NCBI GenBank assembly: GCA_030765625.1
Contig: JAVCCF010000109.1
Coordinates: 34,991-98,990 of the forward strand
Direction of reading: 5' to 3'
Source: Candidatus Tenebribacter burtonii
GTDB lineage: Bacteria > Cloacimonadota > Cloacimonadia > Cloacimonadales > TCS61
Length of the DNA: 64,000 bases
Shown here: positions 1 to 8,544 of the stretch, one piece after another
Numbering within the stretch: position 1 is the first letter of the stretch
How the letters are laid out: every line of letters starts with the position of its first letter
Program-made: the position numbers and the translations under genes
The notes under the pieces: model-generated
Seen by the model: only the letters and a program-made list of their open reading frames with translations
Told to the model about the DNA's origin: nothing
The model's database searches: none

Positions 1-433
1 TGAGTACATCTGTGCAAGCGGTAAGTGTGTTTACAGTTAGTAAGCCCAAAGAAGGAGGGCAGTCTATAATAATATAATCATAATCATCTTTGACAGGTTC
101 TAAAGCTTCTTTAAGTTTGAATTCACGTGAATATTCTTTCACTAATTCTATTTCTGCACCACTCAGATCTACGTTAGAAGGGACAATATCCAATTTCTCT
201 AATATTGGAGATTTCTTTATAACTTCGCTCAATTTAACTTTGCTTATAAGAGCTTCATAAATATTGGGGCTATTCCCATCTACACCTATTCCGCTGGATG
301 AATTTCCTTGAGGATCAAAATCTATTAAGAGTGTCTTCTTTTCATAAATTGCAAGAGCAGAGGCAATATTAATTGCGGAAGTTGTCTTCCCAACACCACC
401 TTTCTGATTTACAATTGCAATAATTTTTCCCAT
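1..433 (-). CDS. parA: ParA/Soj chromosome-partitioning ATPase (3' end runs off the window)
   Basis: Reverse translation from the ATG at 433 reads MGKIIAIVNQKGGVGKTTSAINIA. KGGVGKTT is the deviant Walker A of ParA/MinD ATPases. The gene lies directly downstream of rsmG, the classic gidB-parA order. Confidence 0.85.
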   Translation of the reverse strand, partial: MGKIIAIVNQKGGVGKTTSAINIASALAIYEKKTLLIDFDPQGNSSSGIGVDGNSPNIYEALISKVKLSEVIKKSPILEKLDIVPSNVDLSGAEIELVKEYSREFKLKEALEPVKDDYDYIIIDCPPSLGLLTVNTLTACTDVL

Positions 434-490
434 GTTTTCTCCAAAATATTCAGCAGGTATCATCATCATTCACTACTAATATATTTATCA

Positions 491-1126
491 CTACTTTTCA
501 ATAATAATTATTTTTCGCTCACCAATTGCAGGATGTGAAACATCGTGTATCCGACGCTTTTTGAATTGCCCTATATCATCAATTAGCTTGCTTTTATACA
601 AAATTATTTTTCCGTTATCTTTTATCAATTTGAATAAAACACTTTTATATTTCGGCAATATTTTCACTGACCTGCACACTATAATATCGAAAGATCCAAA
701 CCAGTTATTCTCTAAATCTTCCAATCGTGAAACAATCGTGAAACACGATGAAAGGTCAAGCATTTTAATAATATTTTTCACAGCATTGATCTTTTTATGC
801 GTAGAATCCAACAGGTATAATTCTGTATCCGGAAAGACAAGATTCAAAGGTATTCCCGGCAATCCGCCGCCAGTTCCGAAATCCAGTATTTTTTTATTGG
901 AAAAATCTAAAATCTCAATTGGGAGCAGAGAATCTAAAAAGTGGCGGATCCAGTATTCTTCTTGCGGTGTTTTCCGCGAAATGAGATTAACTTTGGAATT
1001 TTCTTCCCATAATACTTCAAGTAGACTCTCAAATTTGATCATAAGTTCTTCTGCTTTTTGCGGTAGATGTTTTTCCAAATATTTCTTAAAGATGCCTTTA
1101 TTCATAATATTCCCTTCTTCTATCAT
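491..1126 (-). CDS. rsmG: 16S rRNA (guanine527-N7)-methyltransferase RsmG/GidB
   Basis: 211-aa ORF with the SAM-binding motif LDFGTGGGLPGIPL and an overall RsmG-like layout. An alternative start exists at the second Met (MNKGIF). Confidence 0.85.
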   Translation of the reverse strand: MIEEGNIMNKGIFKKYLEKHLPQKAEELMIKFESLLEVLWEENSKVNLISRKTPQEEYWIRHFLDSLLPIEILDFSNKKILDFGTGGGLPGIPLNLVFPDTELYLLDSTHKKINAVKNIIKMLDLSSCFTIVSRLEDLENNWFGSFDIIVCRSVKILPKYKSVLFKLIKDNGKIILYKSKLIDDIGQFKKRRIHDVSHPAIGERKIIIIEK

Positions 1127-1336
1127 ATTTAATTACGATCGGACATCCTTTTTTGTGTCAAGATATAGATTTGCAATTTAAAATTTATGATTGTTGATTG
1201 AAGATTGAAAATGTTAAATTAATTCTTCATTTCTTACTACTGATTCTCATTTCATATTCTCGATGCGGCGAAACGTAGTAAAGACGGTTCACATTATAAT
1301 TTATAATTTTTTAAGCGACATGCTCGTTATGGGCAA

Positions 1337-2086
1337 TTATTCAATAATTTTTGTATTAACAATTTTATTGTCTTGAATATAAAACCACACATTTTGAATA
1401 ACAACATTACCAAATGAATTAGAACCTTTAAATTTGCAACGTACAATCCAATTTTTACCATAATTAGTTACTTTTGACCATTCAAGAAATTCAATACTTG
1501 TTGCATCTTTTGCATTTAATTTTACATAATTCTTAACAATTAATACTGAACCATCTAATGTATTTTGTTCTGGTTTTTGACCAATTGCACTATGTTTCAT
1601 TTCTCTATTATTGAAATCATAAGTAATATTTTTACAGTAACTCTCTAATTCCCATAAAGACTTGTGACCTTTCTCAAGAAAATCCTTCAAACAATTTTCA
1701 TCAACGTTTTTATAATCCTCAATTACATTGGTTTCCACATATATTTGTTGAAATCTTTTTGTATGTCTATTATAGATTATTTTTGCTGGTGCATAACCAC
1801 TCGATAAGCCAATCCAACCATATGAAATTTCGATAATATCGCATTCATTATTTTTTAATTGCTTTAATAATTCTGTGAGTTCTGTTTCCTTACCAAGAGA
1901 ATATCCGTCTACACCCATTTCAAAGTCACCTAATTGTATACTGCAGGTTTTTAATGGTGGAGTCTCTTCTTTAATCTCAACCACCTTTGTTTTTTCCAAA
2001 TCAGCATTATTTCTCTTTTTCATTGGTTTATCTGAACAACTGATTAATATTAAAGTTATTATAAATATCATCCATTTACTTTTCAT
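1337..2086 (-). CDS. hypothetical lipoprotein
   Basis: N-terminus MKSKWMIFIITLILISCSD has a signal peptide and a lipobox Cys. No recognised catalytic motif. The C-terminal ~50 aa resemble the C-terminus of the neighbouring ORF 2219..2995. Confidence 0.6.
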   Translation of the reverse strand: MKSKWMIFIITLILISCSDKPMKKRNNADLEKTKVVEIKEETPPLKTCSIQLGDFEMGVDGYSLGKETELTELLKQLKNNECDIIEISYGWIGLSSGYAPAKIIYNRHTKRFQQIYVETNVIEDYKNVDENCLKDFLEKGHKSLWELESYCKNITYDFNNREMKHSAIGQKPEQNTLDGSVLIVKNYVKLNAKDATSIEFLEWSKVTNYGKNWIVRCKFKGSNSFGNVVIQNVWFYIQDNKIVNTKIIE

Positions 2087-2218
2087 TTAGCCTCCTAATA
2101 TTTTTGCCCACAATATTTTACGTATGCAGCGGGATCGGAACGATCCAAATTTCTAATTTCACATTTCAAATTTATTATTGAAAGAAAACCGACGACACGA
2201 TTGTTATGTACAGTTTCT

Positions 2219-2995
2219 CTATGGATATTGTGAGAGTACTTCAATTACATTACCATTTAAATCTACCTTTGCTTTTATTGAATTAGTTACAATACCACCA
2301 AAAGCGTTTTTACCACGAAACTTCGTTTCAATTAGTAAATAATCACCATAATCACCATAAAAAGTTTCAACATGTTTATAAGAAGATGGATCATGCATAG
2401 AGTCTTTTATATACTTTGTTAGTCCATTATGTGAGCCATCCCAAGAACTAAAATGTTTCGATATTAGTTTCTTGCGATTTTCTTCTTTTTGCTTCTTTTG
2501 ATTTAAAATATTTAATTGATTTTGATAATAATCTAGTTTCTTTTTAAATTTATTATTCTTGGGTTCTAATAATGCTAGTTCTTTATAAATATTAATGTTG
2601 GCTTGAAAGTTAGAATAAGGTATTTTTGAAACTTTCATCTTCAAAGTTTTTACGTAAAGTTCTCTAATATTTTTATAATCAATCATATTAAAATTTTTGA
2701 ATAATTTAAGCTTTGTTAGAGCATTTTCATAATTTTTGTTTTGCAATGCTGTATTAATATTACTATAATAAATTTCGATATTTTTATCAAATTGATTTCT
2801 ACTTAATTGTGTTTTTGATTTGTTACTTGATTTAGGAAAACTATCTATTACTCCAATTAATAATGATATTGATACAAAAATAATGAATACTATAAGACAA
2901 CCGTTAGTTTTCTTTTTCTTTTTACCGCAATGAGGACAGAAATCAGCTTTTGAACTAATTTTATTTCCACATTCACTACAAATAATTAATGACAT
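2219..2995 (-). CDS. zinc-ribbon / single-pass membrane protein, function unknown
   Basis: N-terminal CxxC-x13-CxxC zinc ribbon (CSECGNKISSKADFCPHCG), followed by a hydrophobic helix (CLIVFIIFVSISLLIGVI) and a Lys/Asn-rich, probably coiled region. Confidence 0.6.
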   Translation of the reverse strand: MSLIICSECGNKISSKADFCPHCGKKKKKTNGCLIVFIIFVSISLLIGVIDSFPKSSNKSKTQLSRNQFDKNIEIYYSNINTALQNKNYENALTKLKLFKNFNMIDYKNIRELYVKTLKMKVSKIPYSNFQANINIYKELALLEPKNNKFKKKLDYYQNQLNILNQKKQKEENRKKLISKHFSSWDGSHNGLTKYIKDSMHDPSSYKHVETFYGDYGDYLLIETKFRGKNAFGGIVTNSIKAKVDLNGNVIEVLSQYP

Positions 2996-3020
2996 AAAAA
3001 ATCTCTAATTCTTATATGTT

Positions 3021-3581
3021 TCAAATTAATGATATTGTATCTTCGATAATAAAATTTAAAAAATTCAAAGCAGAAATTGCATCAGATTTTGTTGCAGTTA
3101 TGTCTCTTATATGCATATATCTATTTCTTAGCTCAACTAATTTTTTATATGGATTTCGTAGATTACCACTGATAAGATTAGATTTTATTAGTATTTCCCT
3201 AATAGTCTCCAAATTTATTTTTTCGAAATACTTAATAGCTTCTTTAGGTATATTTTCAAAATTATCATCTTTTTGTATAAAAAGGTTTTGAATTAATATA
3301 TCTTTTGCAATTTTTTCAGCAGTAACACAACACATTGCTATACATGAATAAAAATAACCTTCGATATAAACTTGTCTTGCTTCTTTCAAAGATTCAGTAT
3401 AAACTCCTATATCAACAACTATTGCTGGTAGATTTTTATACCGATCAATAATTTCAGCAATTTTGCCATTATAGTTAGATAATAATGTTTCTGAGATCTT
3501 TTTTTCATTTATACTGTCTTTTAGAAGATTAGGAATTGTATCTAAATATACTTTTTTTAATTTGTCTTGTTTAATTTTCAA
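3021..3581 (-). CDS. HEPN-like (Rx4H) domain protein, function unknown
   Basis: 186-aa ORF with a TTG start 5 nt after a GGAGGT Shine-Dalgarno. The C-terminal motif LVELRNRYMH fits the HEPN Rx4-6H signature. The upstream helix SLKEARQVYIEGYFYSCIAMCCVTAEKIAKDIL resembles DUF4145/HEPN architecture. Assignment is from motifs only. Confidence 0.5.
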   Translation of the reverse strand: MKIKQDKLKKVYLDTIPNLLKDSINEKKISETLLSNYNGKIAEIIDRYKNLPAIVVDIGVYTESLKEARQVYIEGYFYSCIAMCCVTAEKIAKDILIQNLFIQKDDNFENIPKEAIKYFEKINLETIREILIKSNLISGNLRNPYKKLVELRNRYMHIRDITATKSDAISALNFLNFIIEDTISLI

Positions 3582-3610
3582 ATTACCTCCATTTTAATAA
3601 TGTACATAAT

Positions 3611-3690
3611 GTATGTGTCCCCGAAAAAGTTCGTGGATCCGTCGAAAGCCGGACACAGTACCCCCGATTTGGTAGTGTATACGACCTTTT
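3611..3690. other. GC-rich structured island in an AT-rich spacer (possible small RNA or 5'UTR element, unassigned)
   Basis: Local GC jump. tgtgtcc (about 3615-3621) pairs with ggacaca (about 3652-3658), enclosing two small hairpins (cgaa-aaag-ttcg and ccg-tcgaaagc-cgg). It lies about 35 nt upstream of the HEPN-like ORF on the minus strand. Confidence 0.25.
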
Positions 3691-3975
3691 CCCAACTTTC
3701 ATTTTGCACCTTTATTTATGGATCATTTACTCACTTTAATATTGTAATACTCATTTCCTTATTATGTAAAATCCAATTAATATATTCATTGTATCTCTCA
3801 TGTTTTAACAAGTACATTTTCACAATCAATAAAATTAAATCTTTGTCAAACTTTTTGTTGATTTTCCACTATTTGTACCTGTTATAAATTTCAGGATTCC
3901 CTTCCCTGATTATTAAATTATTTGACACGGTCTCACTCATATTTATAGAATGGTTTTATTATTATTGAGTATAAA

Positions 3976-4248
3976 ATGAAAGAAATTGAAATTATCGTTT
4001 CAGGCAGAGTGCAGGGAGTATGCTATCGAGGCTTTGTTCTACACGGAGCGAATGAGCTTAACATAAAAGGGTATGCCAGGAATATGATTAATGGAGATGT
4101 GAAAATTGTCGCTGTTGGAGAGGAGAGTATTTTAAATTTTTTTATCAATATGCTCAGAGAAGGACCTCCAATGGCAAGAGTTAATGATATACAAACATCA
4201 GAGATAATTATTAGTGAAGAGTTCTCAAGCTTCAGCATTAAATATTAA
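3976..4248 (+). CDS. acyP: acylphosphatase
   Basis: 90-aa ORF with VSGRVQGVCYRGF and GYARNMINGDVKIV, the two acylphosphatase signature motifs. Confidence 0.9.
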   Translation: MKEIEIIVSGRVQGVCYRGFVLHGANELNIKGYARNMINGDVKIVAVGEESILNFFINMLREGPPMARVNDIQTSEIIISEEFSSFSIKY

Positions 4249-4266
4249 TCTGGGAAATTGAATGAA

Positions 4267-5187
4267 ATGAAAATAGGAAAATGGATGTTGCGAATTACAA
4301 TATGCTGTTTGATTATTGCGGTATTTTCTACTTTATTCGCACTGTCCAGCAATCCACTGTATGTTACACCTTCAGGTGACTATCATATTGTTAAAAAAGG
4401 GGAAACACTTCAATCCATCTCTGCACAGTATTCTCTTTCTATTGAGAAGATCAAATTGTTTAATAATATGACTTCAGACCGTGTATTTGTAGGACAGAAA
4501 ATATTTCTTTATCCGCATCCGGTTAAAAATCAGGAATTTGTAACCCAACGTAAGATACCCAAAAAAGGTTATCATCTGGTTAAACCAAAAGAATCAATTC
4601 ACCGTATTGCCAAAATGTACGGACTAAGCGTTTTTGATATCCTTGATTACAATAATTTAAGCACTTATAAACTTGAACCAGGTAGAAAGATCATGTTGAT
4701 TGCAGGAAAAACAAAGCCGGTAGAAGCTTCCAAACCAACAGGAAAACAGGAAAAACCCAAAATCAGAAAAACAGGAAAGACAATTCCAACACATCCTACG
4801 ATAACTAAACCAAAAACCAAATTGGCTTTACCTTTAAATGGAACAATTACATCAGAATTCGGATTGCGTAACGGTAGACCTCATAAGGGAATTGATATCG
4901 CAGCTGATAAAGGCAATTCTATCCATGCAGCTCTTAATGGAAAGGTTGTTTATTCCGGAACTCAACGTGGTTATGGGAATGTGATAATTCTTGAACATGA
5001 TAATTATATAATGACCGTTTATGCACATAATGAAGCGAATTTGGTCAGGTTGGGTGAGACAGTAAGCAAGGGTCAACCAATTGCTACGGTGGGGCAAACA
5101 GGGACGGCGAGTGGTCCACATCTTCATTTTGAATACCGAATAAAAGGGAAAGCAATTAATCCACGTGAAGTACTTCCGGGATTATAG
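4267..5187 (+). CDS. LysM-domain M23 family peptidoglycan endopeptidase
   Basis: Signal/TM segment, then two LysM repeats (YHIVKKGETLQSISAQY; YHLVKPKESIHRIAKMY), a Pro/Lys/Thr linker and an M23 core (HKGIDIAA...GYGNVIILEH...GPHLHFEY). The ORF track starts at a TTG at 4258; the first ATG is at 4267. Confidence 0.9.
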   Translation: MKIGKWMLRITICCLIIAVFSTLFALSSNPLYVTPSGDYHIVKKGETLQSISAQYSLSIEKIKLFNNMTSDRVFVGQKIFLYPHPVKNQEFVTQRKIPKKGYHLVKPKESIHRIAKMYGLSVFDILDYNNLSTYKLEPGRKIMLIAGKTKPVEASKPTGKQEKPKIRKTGKTIPTHPTITKPKTKLALPLNGTITSEFGLRNGRPHKGIDIAADKGNSIHAALNGKVVYSGTQRGYGNVIILEHDNYIMTVYAHNEANLVRLGETVSKGQPIATVGQTGTASGPHLHFEYRIKGKAINPREVLPGL

Positions 5188-5203
5188 TTATTATAGGGAA
5201 ATT

Positions 5204-5506
5204 ATGACAGAAAAAAACAAATTATTGAAGATTGGGGAAGTTGCAAAGCAGCTGGGTGTCCATGATCAAACAATCAGAATGTATGAACGAAAAGGATTAT
5301 TAAAACCAATCAGATCGGAGCATAACACCAGACTTTTTAATAGGAATGATGTTACAAAAATTACCACGATCATTACATTAACACTTGAACTTGGAATGAA
5401 TCTTTCAGGCGTGAAGATAGTTTTTTCTTTAGCAAAAAAGCTAAATATGAACAATGATGAGCTTCTTGATTTTATTTATGATCATATTCGTGAATTTCAT
5501 GTTTGA
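5204..5506 (+). CDS. MerR-family transcriptional regulator (HspR-like)
   Basis: Helix-turn-helix LLKIGEVAKQLGVHDQTIRMYERKGLLKPIRSEHNTRLF is typical of the MerR/HspR N-terminal domain. The ATG at 5204 is preceded by agggaa. Confidence 0.8.
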   Translation: MTEKNKLLKIGEVAKQLGVHDQTIRMYERKGLLKPIRSEHNTRLFNRNDVTKITTIITLTLELGMNLSGVKIVFSLAKKLNMNNDELLDFIYDHIREFHV

Positions 5507-5517
5507 AAAAATTGTAG

Positions 5518-5596
5518 ACAGGATAAACAGGATGGACATGATAATAGGAAAGATAAAGTGGAAGAAGAAGAGACATAATCCTGTTGATCATGTCTG
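5518..5596. repeat. GxxExxY-flanking repeat unit 1 (about 80 nt)
   Basis: Contains aacaggat / gacatgat and their complements atcctgtt / atcatgtc. Shares an identical 28-mer aagaagaagagacataatcctgttgatc (5562-5589) with unit 2 (6055-6082). Confidence 0.8.
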
Positions 5597-5617
5597 TAAA
5601 CAAAAAAGGAAAGTCTT

Positions 5618-5998
5618 ATGAAGGATTTTAAATATGCTGACCTGACAGATAAAATTATTGGTGCATGTTATAAGATTTATAATACATTAGGTAGCGGATT
5701 TCTTGAATCTGTTTATGAAAATTGTTTAATCATCGAACTAAAGAAGTTAGGATTATATGTAGAAAATCAAAAATCCATTCAGGTGTTTTATAATGATCAG
5801 GAAGTTGGATATTTCATCGCAGATATTATTGTTGAAAATAAAATCATCTTAGAACTGAAAGCAATTAAAGAACTTGCAAAAATCCACGAAGTGCAACTTG
5901 TAAACTATCTTACTGCAACTGGTAAAGATGTTGGATTATTAATAAATTTTGGTAGTAAAGAAGTACAAGTAAAAAGAAAAGTAAGAGTTTTAAGCTAA
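5618..5998 (+). CDS. GxxExxY family protein (PD-(D/E)XK nuclease-like fold)
   Basis: 126-aa ORF with the family signature GSGFLESVYENCL (GxxExxY). Downstream motifs IADIIVENKIILELK and HEVQLVNYL are typical of this family. Confidence 0.85.
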   Translation: MKDFKYADLTDKIIGACYKIYNTLGSGFLESVYENCLIIELKKLGLYVENQKSIQVFYNDQEVGYFIADIIVENKIILELKAIKELAKIHEVQLVNYLTATGKDVGLLINFGSKEVQVKRKVRVLS

Positions 5999-6016
5999 GA
6001 TAAAACAAAAGAGTTT

Positions 6017-6196
6017 ACAGGATGAACTGGATAAAAATTGTAAAAAGGAAACAAAAGAAGAAGAGACATAATCCTGTTGATCTCGTTAATCCAGTCTGAA
6101 AATAATTGGACATAATTTACTGGATGAACTGGATAAAAATTGAAGGAATAGAGTGGAAAGAAAAGATATAATTTAATTAATCTTGTTAATCCCGTC
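6017..6196. repeat. GxxExxY-flanking repeat units 2 and 3 (tandem, about 80 nt each)
   Basis: Unit 2 is 6017-6098 and unit 3 is 6119-6196. Both begin ac(a/t)ggatgaactggataaaaattg and end with (a)atcc-type complements. Read in reverse they give the spurious 'FYPVHPVN' ORF 5995..6198. Confidence 0.8.
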
Positions 6197-6216
6197 AAAA
6201 GTAAAAGGAATAATTA

Positions 6217-7074
6217 ATGGCAGAAAATGTATTTAACGACAAAGCTTTGCAGAATTATCTTAATCAGATTGCTGAGATAGAACCTCTAAGCAGAGAAGAA
6301 GAGCATGCTTTGGCTATCAAAGCTCAAAAAGGTGATAAGGCTGCTATCGAAAAACTTGTTACTTCCAACCTTAAATTTGTAGTTAAAATTGCAGCTAAAT
6401 ATCAAAATAGAGGGCTTACCCTTTCAGAACTAATCAGTGAAGGCAATATGGGTTTGATAAAAGCAATTGATAAATTTGATCCTAAGCTGCATAATAAACT
6501 TATTTCTTATTCTGTTTGGTGGATCAGGCAAAAAATACTTTTTGCTCTTGCAGAGAAAACTTCGCTTATCAGGATGCCGCTTGGAAAAGCAACACAGGCA
6601 AATAAGATCAAATATGCCAAAGATAAAGTTTTCAGTGAAACTGGACATAGGGCAACTATTGAAGAAATTTCTAAGATCACAAATCTTGATAAAAACGCAA
6701 TAAAAAAAGTAAGTGGCCAAACAAAGAATACACTTTCTATTGATAATGCTAATTTTTCTAGAAATCATAGCAACATTGCACTTGGTGATTTGTTAACGGA
6801 TAGAAGTCAAATTGACCCCAAAACTTTGTACTATCGCGAAAAAGTAGAAAAGAGTATTGATAAGTCTATAAATGCTCTTGGTTCTCGTGAAGCTTATATT
6901 GTAAAACAGTATTTTGGTTTGGAAGGTGGAAGATCAAAGAACTTTGCACAGATTGGTGAAGAACTCGGTTTATCACGTGAACGTGTAAGACAGATACAGA
7001 AAGCAACACTAAAAAAAATACTGGAAAATTCCTACGATAAAATTGAAAATGACTTTGATAATTTATTGAAATAG
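6217..7074 (+). CDS. rpoD: RNA polymerase sigma-70 family factor, compact RpoD-like (regions 2-4, no region 1.1)
   Basis: Region 2 LVTSNLKFVVKIAAKYQNRGLTLSELISEGNMGLIKAIDKFDP and region 4 HTH FAQIGEELGLSRERVRQIQ. Its 285-aa length is like the short primary sigma factors of FCB-group bacteria. Confidence 0.75.
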   Translation: MAENVFNDKALQNYLNQIAEIEPLSREEEHALAIKAQKGDKAAIEKLVTSNLKFVVKIAAKYQNRGLTLSELISEGNMGLIKAIDKFDPKLHNKLISYSVWWIRQKILFALAEKTSLIRMPLGKATQANKIKYAKDKVFSETGHRATIEEISKITNLDKNAIKKVSGQTKNTLSIDNANFSRNHSNIALGDLLTDRSQIDPKTLYYREKVEKSIDKSINALGSREAYIVKQYFGLEGGRSKNFAQIGEELGLSRERVRQIQKATLKKILENSYDKIENDFDNLLK

Positions 7075-7143
7075 TTAATTAATATCTTGTTCCCAATTCC
7101 CCGGTTATCTCTCGTTTCCAAAGTCTCTTTGGGAATGTAGAAA

Positions 7144-8544
7144 CTATACCTCTTCATTTTCTAAAATTATATTTTCTAAGTGTCTATTTTTAATTATTTT
7201 CACATCACCAATTATTCCAACGTTTCTTCCAAAATAAACATCACCTGTAACTTTTAGCGTCCTGCATTTTTTCAAAGACGGAATTCCATCTGCAAATCTT
7301 TTTTTAAACTCATTTATATCTTTATAGAATACTTCTTTTAATTCAATATGCGGTACTTTATCATACTCATTTACTAACTTCAATTTATAATCAGATGTAA
7401 GTTCATAAGCATCACTTAAAATTGCCAGCATATCATTTGTCGTTTTTACCGGCGCAAATCTATCACGATGGATTATAATTGCTCTGGAATTTTTAAATAC
7501 ACTTATTGCTGCTCCCATTGCGGATTCCACCTGATAAACTTTTTCTCCATCAACTTCTTTTTTATTCAATATCATTGTTAATGGAAGCAAATATCTGGTC
7601 TCATACAAGCGCTGTTTTAATGCTTTTAGATTTATCCAGAGGTTATTAGTATTGAAATAAGAATATCTATTAATATCTTGAAAAAGTTCAATTTCATCAT
7701 CTGGACATTGTGCAGTTTCCCTGAGCATAAGCTGTCCTTTTTTTGTCTGGGCCAGATGTCCGCCTTTCTTATCCATTTCAGTTCGCTTACAAATTTCCAT
7801 CATGAAAAGTAGTTTTTTTTCAGCAAAATGTGTTAGTATTTTTTCATCAATTACAGCACCAAGATTATCGGAATTGGAAATAAATACATACTCAAATCCT
7901 TGTGTTATTAGTTTTTCCAGGACACCAGAAATTGCCAGAGCAGTGTATATTTCACCATGCCCGGGAGGATTCCAATTGAGATCATTGTTTTCATTTCTTA
8001 GCGGAGAAAGATCACTTAATTTGATCTTGGGAAATTTATTTTGCAAAAAATCTAATGGGATATGAGGGAGAGGTAAATTACTATATTTTTCCAAATAGGA
8101 AAGTGAATCTTTCTGAGTATTAAAGCTGTGCATTAATATCAACGGAATATCTTTGCCGGTTTTTTTTCGTAAGTGTAATATTTGCTGAGACATAACATCC
8201 AGAAAATTATTTTCTCCTTTAATTTTAAGAAGGGTTTTTGCTTTCTCCAAATCCATGCTTGTGCCAAGTCCACCATTTAGTTTTATTACAGCAAGTTTTT
8301 CTAATGGAGAAGATATAGCAGATTCCAAGTTATTATAATCAATAAGATTTTCCTTTGCAGGAGGTTCTATCTCTGATTCTGAAAGTGTTCCGGTTGCACC
8401 TTCAAGAATTTTGTAATATGAATTGGAAAATGATTGTATCACCAGATCTTCCAAACCTTCACTTTCCATTATTTGAACAAATTCTGTTAAGTAACTTTTC
8501 ATGTTTTTCTTATAAAATAGGTTATAAGTTAATTTTTTTAGCAA
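7144..8544 (-). CDS. UDPGP-family (eukaryote-type) UTP--glucose-1-phosphate / UDP-sugar pyrophosphorylase
   Basis: 466-aa ORF with VIKLNGGLGTSM and the downstream NPPGHGEIY-type motif of the UDPGP family. This is not the short bacterial GalU type. An alternative start at Met15 (8502) would remove the overlap with the upstream gene. Confidence 0.8.
   Translation of the reverse strand: MLKKLTYNLFYKKNMKSYLTEFVQIMESEGLEDLVIQSFSNSYYKILEGATGTLSESEIEPPAKENLIDYNNLESAISSPLEKLAVIKLNGGLGTSMDLEKAKTLLKIKGENNFLDVMSQQILHLRKKTGKDIPLILMHSFNTQKDSLSYLEKYSNLPLPHIPLDFLQNKFPKIKLSDLSPLRNENNDLNWNPPGHGEIYTALAISGVLEKLITQGFEYVFISNSDNLGAVIDEKILTHFAEKKLLFMMEICKRTEMDKKGGHLAQTKKGQLMLRETAQCPDDEIELFQDINRYSYFNTNNLWINLKALKQRLYETRYLLPLTMILNKKEVDGEKVYQVESAMGAAISVFKNSRAIIIHRDRFAPVKTTNDMLAILSDAYELTSDYKLKLVNEYDKVPHIELKEVFYKDINEFKKRFADGIPSLKKCRTLKVTGDVYFGRNVGIIGDVKIIKNRHLENIILENEEV

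Noticed and set aside
561-1181. Long antisense ORFs in the track (for example 561..1181+, 10936..11463+, 48219..48860-, 61514..62011+, 55477..55899+, 42109..42546+)
   Set aside because: Each lies entirely opposite a gene with clear family motifs. Their translations are low-complexity or odd in composition. They have no ribosome-binding sites. They are shadow ORFs.
3611-3690. The GC-rich segment as a tRNA, tmRNA, hammerhead or known riboswitch
   Set aside because: It has no cloverleaf, no T-loop GTTCGAATC-type box, no CUGAUGA/GAAA hammerhead core, and no riboswitch consensus I can recognise. It is left as an unassigned structured element.
5995-6198. 67-aa ORF containing a repeated FYPVHPVN motif
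   Set aside because: It is simply the reverse reading of the two tandem ~80-nt repeat units downstream of the GxxExxY gene. The internal repetition mirrors the DNA repeats and does not indicate a protein.
7116-7135. Hairpin ttccaaag-tct-ctttgggaa between convergent rpoD-like and UDPGP genes, as a terminator
   Set aside because: The stem is short (6-7 bp) and no U-run follows on either strand, so the support for calling a terminator is weak.
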